Origin: Rhizophagus irregularis
Taxonomy: Eukaryota
Reading direction: 5' to 3'
NCBI RefSeq assembly: GCF_026210795.1
Contig: NC_089433.1
Location: 1,302,001-1,366,000, forward strand
Length of the DNA: 64,000 bases
The notes below the pieces were generated by a model. The model was not told where the DNA came from. It did no database searches and saw nothing but the letters and a program-made list of their open reading frames with translations. Positions 52,212 through 64,000 of this stretch are shown piece after piece; the stretch's first letter is position 1; each line of letters begins with the position of its first letter. The translations under genes were made by a program, and so were the position numbers.

Positions 52212-54446
52212 TCAAAGATTTAGGCATTCCGATAATCCAGGAATATTATTAATTTGCTCGATCATGTATCCTTTTGAAGATTCTCTAGAGAGTAAAGGTC
52301 CAACGCTCATTTCCTCCCATGAATTCCAAAGTTTCTCTATTTGTGAACTGAATGTATTACCCAGACCAATACAAAATATTGCATCATATCCTCCAGCTAG
52401 ATATATTGTATTTAAAAAAAGTATAAATGATTCGTAAAGTATTTGTAAATTTTTTTAATGCAGAATTATATTTACCTCCAGGAACACCCGCCATGATTAT
52501 ACCAGGTATTTCATTACAAGCATCAAGTAATTTTGTTTGTTTAGGGGGTTCAATTGGTACTCGAGATAATTCGGACATTTCACGTAATAATTCTCGAATT
52601 TTCTAAAAAAAAGAAGGGATCAGTTAATAATGTTATTTATATTATAAAAATAATAATTATAACAATTATAGTTACTTGAAAAGTATTAAAAGTAGAAGAA
52701 AAAAGAGTAACATTATTATTGTTTGGATTTTGTTCCGCAAGTAAAGCCCACTGATTTAATATTAAATTATTAAATTAAATAGAAATAATATTCAGATAAG
52801 TTATTCTCATCATTAATTTCGTATACATGCCTCAGAAGCTTTCACACTTTCACAAATCTTAATAGCATTAAGATATAATTCTTCATCTTGTTCATGATTC
52901 TTAGTTAATTCTCTTAAATTATTTGATACAGTTGTATTATGAGATGTAAGTGTATCCCATAATGTATTTGCTTTTAAAATATCAATATCAATAAAAATAA
53001 AATTATATAATATACTAAAGAAAAAGTATTTTAATTATATATTTAAATTATTAAACCTTGGTCAGAATTCTCTTTACGCCACTTCAATACTTTTCCAACC
53101 ATACTTGGAGTATGTGAACCTGCATCTATATCCGCTAATATTAACTTAAATCCATGCGGAAGCGAAAAACTTGTTACCTGATTATCCCATCTAATTAAAA
53201 AAAAAAAGAAATAAATAGGATACTTATGAAAGATCGAAAGTATATATAGGCTTCAGCCTTAACCTGGTTAATGAGCAAGCGCTAATGAGCTTATTTTTCT
53301 CACAAATCATAAATTTTATTGTGAAGTTTTTGATGCCTATAACTTCATGATCTGATCAATTCCCAAATTTATACAGCAATAACGATAATAATACTTACTT
53401 ACTTGAAGCTGGATCAACAATATTATTAAGAATTGATATATCAACGTTTTGATCCTATAACCATTATTAAAGCATAATTAAAAACTTATAATTTATACTT
53501 AATGATTAATTAAATAAAATACCATAACATTTTCCAAAATGTTTGGAGAGAATCTTTTATAAATATGACTTCCCCAAACAGCAGCTGAAACATCAAATCC
53601 ACTACCAACTTTTCCTTGTGCTAAACAATGACAAAATTGTGCTATATTATGAATTAATTTTCGATCATTATTTGTTATTTCGTTTATTTTATTTGAAACT
53701 ATTTCAAAATGAACAAAGAGTGCTGATACAAGTGATGTAATTAATGCTGCTGATGATCCCAATCCAGTTTTATTAACTTTTTTTAATGTACAATGTACTT
53801 TACAAAATGGTTCTAAAGATTTTAGTGACGATAATGTAAGTGGTAAATTTAATTTTCTTAACTATTAATAAAAAAAAAATAATTAACCTCATATATATAA
53901 AAATGAAAATTTATAAATTTCAAAAATGATGATTTTAATTTTACCTGTTCGCGTTGCGAATAAAAATCGTTATCACCAACTATATATATTTCTAATCCTT
54001 TAGTAACTATTTCTTTAAATTGTTGTTCGTTTTTTCTTCGTGAAATAATCAATAAAGAATATTTAATAGCAATTTCAACAAATGAATTATGTCTTTCCGG
54101 ATTACTTTTATTTATTTATTTATTTTCAAAAAAAAAAAGGGAATTGTCCGATTAATAAAATTATAAAAAGAGAAATGATAAATTTATTTACTTACGTGGA
54201 TTCAAGTTCACAAGAAAAAAAACCCTCATCATTGTAAAAACTCTTCAAACTTGGTCGATATTCCCATTCTCCATCAATAAATTGTGGTGAATGAACAGAA
54301 ATTTTTCCATTGTTCCCTGAAAAAATAACGGTATAAAATCTCGCACTTGTTCCAACAACTATTCCATTATACTTTCTATCTAATATGAGATAACCTCCTG
54401 TTAAAAGCACTTTACCGGGTGCTGAAACTATAGTTAAATTTGACAT
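52212..54446 (-). CDS. ERG8: Phosphomevalonate kinase (GHMP family), multi-exon
   Basis: SAPGKVLLTGGYLILD, DNDFYSQ, KTGLGSSAAL, HCLAQGKVGSGFDVSAAVWGS, GSHTP.MV, VPIEP..QT.LLD, GVPG/AGGYDAI; stop TGA at 52212-52214. Confidence 0.95.
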
Positions 54447-54602
54447 TTTATTTTCTTGATTATTAAAATAATAGCTAAATAAATAAATGATTATCAAAAA
54501 AAAAAATATTGATCGATCGACAAATTTTTTTTTTGCGATAGTTTTTGCCAATACATGCTCGAAAGTTGGAGTAATTAGTAAAGTTCAATAAATAAAAAAA
54601 AA
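54447..54602. promoter_or_regulatory. Compact bidirectional promoter region between ERG8 and BMS1
   Basis: Only 156 bp separate the divergent ATGs; an A-tract/GATCGATCGA/T-tract dyad lies at ~54492-54540. Confidence 0.6.
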
Positions 54603-56479
54603 ATGGACAACAAGGAACATAAAGCTCATAGACCACGCCAATCTGGTTCAAAAAAGGATAAAAAATCCAAAAAACAAAAGAAAAATGAAGAGAAAAACAA
54701 CCCAAAGGTTCGTGTTTTATAAATAAACTTTTTAGTTAACCAATTATTAAATTTTTTTTTTTCTTAAAGGCTTTCGCTCCATTGTCTGGAAGAAAAGCAG
54801 AAAAACTTGCTAGACGTAAACAGGAACTGCTTCAAAAGAAACTTCATGTACCTCTTGTTGATAGAACTCCATTAGAACCCCCTCCTATAATTGTTGCTGT
54901 AGTAGGACCTCCACAGGTACTTGTTTAAATATATTTTGTTAAGACGAATTTAATCGATTAATCGCCTCTTGTTATATTTAGACTGGCAAAACTACTTTGA
55001 TAAAGTCTCTTGTAAAAAGATTCACCAAGCACAGCCTTACAGAAGTAAAAGGACCTATTACAGTCGTGAGCGGTATTATAACATTATTCATTTACTGTTT
55101 ATTTAATCAGATTTTTAATTAAACATTTGATTAATTGATTATTTATTTATTTTTATAAGGTAAAAAAAGGAGATTGACATTTATAGAATGTACAAATGAT
55201 ATGAATTGCATGATTGATGTAGCCAAAATCGCAGACTTGGTGTTGTTAATAATTGATGCAAGTTTTGGTTTTGAGATGGTAAATAGAAAATAATTACGAT
55301 TTAACTTTATTCCGAAGTTTTAACACTATTCACATATTATTCATAATTTTAGGAAACGTTTGAATTTCTAAATATTTTACAAGTTCATGGATTTCCAAAA
55401 ATATTAGGAGTTCTAACACATTTGGATAAATTTAAAAGAGTTAAGACACTCAAAACAACCAAAAAACGCTTAAAACATCGCTTTTGGACTGAAATTTATC
55501 AAGGAGCAAAACTTTTTTATTTATCGGGAATAATTAATGGTCGATATCCAGATAGAGAAATTCACAATCTTTCTAGATTTATTTCTATAATGAAATTTAG
55601 ACCGTTGATTTGGAGAAATACACATCCTTATTTGGTTGCCGATCGTTTAGAAGACCTGACTGATCCAGAAGAAGTCAGACAGAATCCTTTATGTGATAGG
55701 ACTATTACTTTATACGGATATTTACGTGGAACAAATATGAAAACCAACATGAAAGTTCATATTCCAGGTGCTGGAGATCAAACCCTGTCCGATATTTCAA
55801 TATTGCCGGACCCATGTCCGTTACCTAATAAAGTACGAAGGAGTCTTAGTGAAAAACACAAAGTTATCTATGCACCTATGTCTAATGTTGGTGGAATTAT
55901 GTACGATAAAGATGCCGTTTATATCGACGTTCCAGGAAGTTTCATAAAGAAATCCGATCAAATTAATGGTGAAGAAGGTAATTCGCTTATATGCAAAAGG
56001 ATAATACGTTTAATATAATAACTTAACGTGATTAATATGATTAATTTTTAATTGGTATGTTAGGTGATATAGAATATGAACAAGGTCCCGGAGAGAAAAT
56101 GGTTATAAATTTACAAGATGCTCCAGATACACTTGCGACTAAATTAGAAGAGAGTGAACTTGCAATTTTTGCGAATTCTGTTCCTATGAAAGCTTCGGAT
56201 TTAGTTGAGGAAAGGAATAATGGTATTGTAATTTATTTTCCAGATTACTTCTCGATTGCCTCTTTTATCGGAAGCAATAATTATTGAATTTTACAAAACG
56301 TCTAGCAACCGAGTCAAAAGAAATAAACGAGAATGGTAGATCGGCTAATTATGGTAAAGGTGATGGTAATGCCAAACGAAATGTTGAAGAAGATAATGAT
56401 GATAATGAAGGTGAAATATTTGATTCAGATACTGAATCTAGAGATGATGAAGTAGTTGACGATAATGATTACGATGATT

Positions 56480-56511
<32 letters not shown>

Positions 56512-59200
56512 GAAGATGACGACGATGAAAATGATGATGATGATGAAAATGACGATGATGATGATGACGACGATGAAGAAGATGATGATGACGATGATGA
56601 TGACGATGATGATGACGATGATGATGACGATGATGAGGATGATGAGGAGGAACGAGTTAAAAAAAAAAGTTCCGGTAGAAGAGCTGTTCTCAATAAGTTT
56701 GAAGTGAAAGATCTAGAAAATGAAGCCAATGATAATGAGGGGGTTGTATATGCTGAGAGTGACAGTGATATGGATGACATTCTAAGTCAAAATGAGGAGG
56801 ATAACTCTGATCTTGATGGTGCATTAAGATGGAAATCAAATTTAGCTGAGAAAGCAAAGGAAACGTTCCTTGCTAATCGTAAAATTAGTGTTATGGAATT
56901 GATTTATGGTAATGAAAAAACACCAGAAGAGATTGCATCAGGAAATCTTTCAGATTTATTAAAAGTTGGTGCGATTTTTGAAAATAAAAAAGACAATGTA
57001 GAAGAGAATGATGATGAATTTTTTAAGATTGTAGAGAAAGATACTGTATCTTTGAATGTTATCGATTCTATTAAAGCATGCTTAGACACAAGTAATCTTG
57101 ATAAATGGAATGAAAATGATGTCAGTATTTAAGGATCAGTTACGTTTTGTGTTATATATTAAATTGTATATTGTAGTGTTACTAATCATCAAATCTTATA
57201 TTTTCTCTAGACATTAGAGTCTATTAGAAATAGATTTATTACAGGTAATCTTGAGGTTGACAATTCTGCAGGAGAAAATGATGATTCAGATAGTGAAGAC
57301 TTTGAAGATCTTGAAACAGATGAAGTTGAAAAATCTAAAGAGGAACTTGAACAAAAAGCTCTTGCGCAAAAAAGAGCTTTGTTGAAGAAAAAGTTTGATT
57401 CGGAATATGATGAAAAGGATGATACTCCTAAGGTAGATTTTTATGATGAAATTAAGGGGGAAATTTCTAAGCAATTGCAACTTAATCGCGAGGAATTCGA
57501 AGACGATGATCCTCATACAAGAGCTATGATTGAAGGATTTCGACCTGGTACTTATGTCCGAATTTTACTTAAGGAAATACAATGTGAATTTGTCAAGTAT
57601 TTTGATCCGACATATCCAGTAATAGTTGGTGGTCTATTAACAACCGAAGCAAATTTAGGCTTTATACAGGTGAATCAATAATATTATTATAAACGAAGTT
57701 ACTGAATGATAAACTAAACAAAATTCTATTCGATTCTAGGTTCGTATAAAGCGACATCGGTGGCATAAAAAGATTTTAAAGACAAAAGATCCTCTTATAT
57801 TCTCGCTTGGTTGGAGACGTTTTCAATCAATACCTATTTATTCCTTGAATGATGAGACAAGAAACAGAATGCTTAAATATACTCCAGAACATATGCATTG
57901 TTTAGCAACTATTTATGGTATATCTTTATAGTAATTTAGATACTCTTATGCATTCAATATGGTCAGATATAGCCTAATCTTGAATTATCGTATTTATTAT
58001 AGGACCCATTTATCCACCTAATACCGGTTTCTGTGCAGTGCAATCTGTTTCTAATGATAATACTGTAAGTTCAAATTAACAAAAATTTTTAATTATTTTT
58101 TTTTTTATTCACATATTTACCTACGATTAATATTTAAAGACTGCGTTTAGAATAAGTGCTACCGGAATAGTACTTGATATAAATCATTCTGTTGAGATTG
58201 TTAAAAAATTAAAGTTGACTGGTGTTCCTTACAAGATTTTTAAGAATACGGCCTTCGTCAAAGATATGTTTACTTCTTCATTGGAAGTGGCAAAATTTGA
58301 AGGGGCTGCAATTCGAACAGTTTCGGGAATTCGGGGTCAAGTGAAAAAGCACATATCGGTAAATAATTAAAAATCTATATTTATATATATTTGTCATTTG
58401 ATTAATACTCTAGTTTATATAGAAACACGAAGGTCACTTTCGTGCTACATTTGAAGATAAAGTATTAATGAGCGGTATGTAAAGTTTATTATATTTAATG
58501 TAATCTACCTAAAATCAAAATTTTAGGGTTAAATTAAAATGCATTTTATTTTTGTCTCATTAGATATCGTATTTTTACGAGCTTGGTACCCAATCAAACC
58601 AAAAAAGTTTTATAATCCAGTAACATCATTGTTGTTGTCATCAAAGAAAGAATGGCAAGGAATGAGATTAACAGGTCAAATTCGTAGAGAATTAAATATT
58701 GAAACACCAAAAAATCCGGATTCTCAATACAAGGTAAAACAATTATGAAGTTGATTTTTTTTCTAATTAGTAAAAAAAGATTCTAAAAAATATATATTAT
58801 ACATTAGAAAGTCGAACGACAAAATCGTCGTTTTAATCCATTACATATTCCATTATCTTTACAAGCAAATTTACCATTCGCAAGTAAGCCTAAATTACTT
58901 AAAAAAAGAACAAACCAATCATATCTACAAAAACGGGCTGTTGTATTAGAACCTAAAGAAAAGAAAATGTATACGCTTATGCAACAAATTCATACTTTAA
59001 AGAAAGAAAAGGATAGGAAACGTAAAGAAAAACAAACTAAAAAACATAATGAATACGCTAAAAAAATAGCTAAACAAGAAGTCTTGCTAGTTGAAAAGGA
59101 TAAAAAGGAAAGAAAAGAATATTTTAGAAAACAAGGTTTATCGCAAAAAAGAAAAATTACTTCTTCCGCGGGTACTTCTAAAAGAACTAAAACCAATTAA
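54603..59200 (+). CDS. BMS1: Ribosome biogenesis GTPase Bms1, multi-exon
   Basis: [114 protein letters not shown]. Confidence 0.97.
56458..56650 (+). repeat. (GAT/GAC)n coding microsatellite giving a poly-Asp tract in Bms1
   Basis: Directly visible trinucleotide run. Confidence 0.9.
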
Positions 59201-59595
59201 AAATAATATTTATATAGTATATATAATTTAATAATTATTAATTAATAAAATTTTTTTTTTTAAAATGTATATTTATTATTTATCAGAGAGTAATTTGATT
59301 CGTGAATAATGATGATTTACAATTATTTTTATTTATTGATTTTAAATCTATACGAATATATTTTCTTTTTGTTTATGTTTATTATATTGAATTTACATAT
59401 ATCGCATTTATAAGAGATCTATCTATCAAAGAGAATTATACTATCTCTAATTTTTTAATCTAAACCCATCCATATTTTCGATCCTCCACGATATGCATGA
59501 TATGTAAATTAAATCGAAAAAAATTTATTATTATAGACCATATCAACAAGATGACTCTAAATTTCGATTATTTCATTTCTCGGATTTGATGCATA

Positions 59596-61686
59596 TTAAC
59601 CTCTTTCACAATAATATTCAGGATGATTTCCGCCAAGTCGTTGATTAAGTAAGCTAGCATCATTCTTCCACCTATCTCCTAATATTTCAATGCTATTCAC
59701 CAAATCTAATTTCTTTGAATTTGGATCTGGTTGATACTGTATATTTGTATTTTGATTATCATTATGATATGATATCTCATGAAATGTTCTTTTCTTGTCA
59801 CCCTCACGCATGATAATTTCTTCTCGACGATGGAGATAATCTATTGAATGCATTGGTTCTCCTAATGAAACTACATCTACGGGTGGAGAATGAAACCACA
59901 ACATGTTTCCTCCGTCATCACAAGCAAAATATTCTGTAGTTTCAGAAGGAACTTCCAATATTGGCTCTGACCTATGATTGATCGTTGGTTTAGTAGGGTT
60001 TATCATAGTAGGGCTTTGCACAGTAGGGTTTCGCATAATAGGGGTTTGGATAACAGAGGTTCTCATAACAGAATTATGTATAACTGAATTTTGCATAACA
60101 GAGTTATGCATAGCAGCGTTGGTCATAGCAGCGTTGGTCATCATGATAGGATTTTGCATAACTGGTGTTGTCTGCTGTACTATGGATGGTGCTTGAAAAT
60201 ATTGTTGAGGCAAAAATTGATGCTGTGGGGGAACCGGAGGCATAGAAATGGCCATTTCATGAGACGGAGCAGTAAATTCATATTGATGAGACATTCCGGT
60301 GGTTTGTATATTTTCGGTTAAAGGAGTTGAAGTAACCGGATATCCTGACGTCATTGGATATGGTGAATGTGCTATGCTGGGTGATGCATAATTATAATGA
60401 TCAGAATCATATGCTGGTTGATACGATTGTGGATGTTGATAGGTCACTGGCGTTTGTCTTCTATTGGAGCCTCGAGATCTAGGAGGTCGTCCAAGTCTAG
60501 TACTTCTAACGGGTGTAATTGCTCGTGATGGAGAGAGGGGATCATCGGGATAAGAATCTACATCATGCTCATATTTAGTTATTTTGTGTGCTTGTAATTC
60601 TTTTCTATCTTCTTCGGATTTAGTTTTCCCCATAGTTTTCTTAAAACTCGCCACTAATACACTTTCAACTTTTTTTGGAATAATAGCTTCTTTAAATCTA
60701 ACTAGTTCCATTTTCTTATACGGAACTCCATCTGGCATTGTGCTGGCCCAATTTTTAATTTTACTAAAATTCTTTTGATGTTCGTTATAACGAGATTCGC
60801 ATAGATACACCGACATACCCTCACTACCCTTTGGCCTTCCACTTATGTAATCCTTATATTGCAAAACGTAACATTTTTCAATAACATCATTAAAAGAGTG
60901 ATCATGAAATGTGTTTGTTTTGAATACTTCATTTTCATAAAATTTGTGAGTAGCCTGGTGTTTAGTTTGTTCAGGATGATAATACCAACATACATAAATA
61001 CCTTTTACTCCTTTATTATTCTCCCAAATTCTGTGAATATGAGCAACGTTAGGCTTACTTGGATTAGCTTCGTTGAATATATGTACATAATCACCAACTT
61101 GATAAATTTCTCCATTGTGCTCAACTTCGTCAATATTTGTTGAAACTTCATTATCATCCTTATCTATATCTCCTTTCAGCAGTTTACGCGCTAATTTTTG
61201 TAAAATGATTGCATCATTGTGTATCTGAGAACCTTCCACGTTATATTTCTTTGCATTTTCACACATTAGTTCTAGATCCGCTTCAAATGCTTCTTCATTC
61301 AAATATTCACCATCGTCTATTTTCTGCTTAATCACATCCAAAGAAATCGGATTTTTGATTTCTTCATAATAATCCGGGTACATCTTTTTATCTGGCAAAC
61401 TCATGAAAAGTTTTGCAATCACTCTGTTTCTATACGATACATTCGTGTCCTTGTGGCTTTTTATGGTTGACCATATAGAAATTAGTTTAATCGTCAAAGG
61501 TGTTACTTCTCCCTGGCGAGAGGTCTGAGCCGAAGATCTTCTTGTTTGAACATTCGGAGGTTTTGGAGTAATTACGGTAGTCATGGTAGAAGTCTCGGTA
61601 GCCTTGGTATTTCCAGTATCTCCCGTAGTCTCGTCTTTCTCGCCTTTATCGTACTTGGTTCTCTTGCTTCTTGTAATCCTAGTCAT
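59596..61686 (-). CDS. Bromodomain + BAH chromatin-remodelling subunit (Rsc1/Rsc2/polybromo-like), 696 aa, single exon
   Basis: Bromodomain FMSLPDKKMYPDYYEEIKNPISL...NAKKYNVEGSQI; BAH YQVGDYV..WYYHPEQT.H...FYENEVFKT..YLCESRY; C-terminal WFHSPP..HSIDYL motif. Confidence 0.9.
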   Translation of the reverse strand: MTRITRSKRTKYDKGEKDETTGDTGNTKATETSTMTTVITPKPPNVQTRRSSAQTSRQGEVTPLTIKLISIWSTIKSHKDTNVSYRNRVIAKLFMSLPDKKMYPDYYEEIKNPISLDVIKQKIDDGEYLNEEAFEADLELMCENAKKYNVEGSQIHNDAIILQKLARKLLKGDIDKDDNEVSTNIDEVEHNGEIYQVGDYVHIFNEANPSKPNVAHIHRIWENNKGVKGIYVCWYYHPEQTKHQATHKFYENEVFKTNTFHDHSFNDVIEKCYVLQYKDYISGRPKGSEGMSVYLCESRYNEHQKNFSKIKNWASTMPDGVPYKKMELVRFKEAIIPKKVESVLVASFKKTMGKTKSEEDRKELQAHKITKYEHDVDSYPDDPLSPSRAITPVRSTRLGRPPRSRGSNRRQTPVTYQHPQSYQPAYDSDHYNYASPSIAHSPYPMTSGYPVTSTPLTENIQTTGMSHQYEFTAPSHEMAISMPPVPPQHQFLPQQYFQAPSIVQQTTPVMQNPIMMTNAAMTNAAMHNSVMQNSVIHNSVMRTSVIQTPIMRNPTVQSPTMINPTKPTINHRSEPILEVPSETTEYFACDDGGNMLWFHSPPVDVVSLGEPMHSIDYLHRREEIIMREGDKKRTFHEISYHNDNQNTNIQYQPDPNSKKLDLVNSIEILGDRWKNDASLLNQRLGGNHPEYYCERG

Positions 61687-62012
61687 TTTATATATATATA
61701 TTTTTTTTTATATAAACTTTTACTTTGCAGTAAAAGTTTTATGTAGAGACCAGGAAACGATTGAAAAAACTTTTTCCGGAATATTTATACCCAAATATAT
61801 TGTAGATCTTAAATCACGCGTTTTTTTAATTTCAGATAAATTCAAGCAAAATTTCTAATTTATCTTTGTTCTGGTTAAAAAAAGAAAAGATAATTTTTTC
61901 CCTGCTGCCGTTGGTGAGTGCAGTATATTCATTTATCCCAATTGTTCTAATTGTTATTATAATCAATAATCAAAATAATCAATGTTTTTTAAAGGAATTA
62001 TATATTGATAAA

Positions 62013-64000
62013 ATGGCTACAATTCGTCCTATGTTTCCGATGAATGCAGAAGTTATCCAGTGGTGTCAAAATCCAAAAATCCTTGAAGAACAGGTAATAT
62101 ATAACCTATGAAATAGAATTTGATCATATTAATCGTAAGTAACAAACGATTTATATATAGTTAGATGAAGTTCTTCCAGAAAATTTGCAGGATAAAGGAA
62201 TATATCTATTAGAAATATTAATGCCTGAAGCAGAATTTCCTGATAATGTTCTAATACTCAACGATGATCCTCTAACATTCTCATTAACAACTCTACAATA
62301 TCAATTGATTAAAGCAGCTTGCCTGGTATAATCGATATTCATTTTGTCACTAAATTTATGAATTTTATGATATTCATGCAATTTATATAATACTAACATT
62401 GTTTTAGGTTATACGTAAAACGAATTTGTGCTTGCAATACATTGAAAAATACACTCCAATAAATGCTCAGCCGGCACTATTCCACGCTCTTATATATTAT
62501 GGACAGTCAGTACTTATAATATGTGAAATACATATATTATAAGTTTACTTTTATAAAATTTAACAACAAAATAAATTTTTTTTTCTTTAGAGATCTTATT
62601 GGCGGAAATCCACGTATTGATCCTGTAAACTTATTTCATCGATGGATGATTAGATCGAAATACAAAGATATAAATTTCGGTTACGAATTTGATCAAAGTG
62701 AAAAATCTACTAAAATATTGGAAAATCTTTATAAATCTTTATCCCAAGAATATATGGTAAAAATTAATGTAGAACGAAAATGTTATAATATATATACTTA
62801 ACTCTTTTATAATTAGGGTTCTGTAACGAGTGCTGACCCTTCCAGTCATTCTATGTCAATCGATAACATATTTCAAAGCCAATTAGCTTATGAACTAGGT
62901 GAATACTACTTTTCGGTTGACAGAAGGAAATCTATCGAATATTTCTGTAAATGTAGACTTGAAAGCATTTCTGATAACGAAAATATTGGAGAATATAAAT
63001 CGTTCTGGTATGTTATCACGTTTCCAATTTGAGATCAACCTATTAATCAAATAAATTCCGTAACATTATATACATAATTTTTCAAAGTGATATAGATGAA
63101 GCTCGAGCCGAAAAATCAATCAGAATTTTGTTGAAAATAACGACTAATATTTCCTTACAAGATCAAATAAATCATTTTATACAACATGGACAAGATTACG
63201 AAGGTGTTTTCTTAGTTATGTTCAAAGCACTTATAGAAAATACCTTATTAAATATTCCCAGGGATTTTCGAAACAATTTGGTTTCCAAAGCATTCAATAA
63301 AGGTCAAGAGAAATCTGGTATTAAGATTTCTATATGTAATGCTTTAGAACTATCAGATTTACCTTTGGGTAACTATCATAAAATAAAATTTCTTGATCAA
63401 ATTGTTTTCTTAAATTTAAAATATTTTTTCACACATCTCCATCTATTTAGAGGAAATGTTAAATTCAGTTCCTGAACAGTGTTTTTATTATCTCAAGCAT
63501 AATTTTAACGAAAACATAGTTTATGAGATTGCCGAGATATTTAAGAAATTATATGGTAATTTTCCTGGTTCAAAAATGAGTGAGAATCAAAGATCTTTCG
63601 TTTCGAGTTTTTTCAAAAAGATTGAAAATGAAGAAGTTTTGAGAATTATTAAAAAGATCGAAGGTGATATGATTTATTTCACAATAATTACTGTTTTTAA
63701 GTTAAAATTTGGTCTGATGATTATTTTTTATAATAGGGTTTGAATTTGTGCAATATCCACTAGAACAGTTCTTTGATAAAATTTCACAATTTAATCTTCG
63801 CTATAAGAATTACAAATCCGGAAATTTGCGATTAAATGACGATACGATTATCAATAACTCTGATGATTTCGATCTTTTACTAGAAGAATTGAGTGTAAAT
63901 ATTTTAGTTTATTCAAATATAACATTTTGATTTACTTAAGTATTAATTCTTTCATAATATTATAGTTAAAAAGACCGGAAAATCAAAAATTCCATAATGA
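62013..64000 (+). CDS. Integrator complex subunit 8-like protein, multi-exon, continues past the window
   Basis: In-frame short exons from MATIRPMFP; spacing of W..NPKILEEQL, LIKAACL..LQYIEK, LFHRWMIRS and QLAYELGEYYF resembles INTS8 motifs as I recall them (LYHRWAIR, QVCYDLG..YF). Confidence 0.55.

Noticed and set aside
56456..61143. Alternative-frame and antisense ORFs over BMS1 and the bromo-BAH gene (poly-M/T, poly-S, etc.)
   Set aside because: Shadows of the real coding frames and of the GAT repeat.

Overview
Very AT-rich, intron-rich eukaryotic DNA, most consistent with an arbuscular mycorrhizal fungus (Glomeromycota, Rhizophagus-like); this is inferred from composition, short GT-AG introns and the gene families present. 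The window has two compartments. About 1-51.5 kb is dominated by transposons and pseudogenes: a disrupted virus-type AEP primase/Zn-finger/UL9-like helicase fusion gene with origin-like palindromes upstream, four non-autonomous elements with 8-bp TSDs (hAT-like), a ~5-kb two-gene DD34E Tc1/IS630-type element carrying a SAM-domain passenger gene, a complete 13.2-kb CACTA/CMC element with cargo genes, two short retroposon-like inserts, and Crinkler and nuclease remnants. A secreted GPI-like gene and a bacterial-type membrane hydrolase gene sit at 43-46 kb. About 52-64 kb is a compact housekeeping block of two head-to-head pairs: ERG8/BMS1, and a bromo-BAH (Rsc1/2-like) gene with an INTS8-like gene. 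All calls come from reading the sequence by eye with no database searches. Some frameshifts could be assembly errors.
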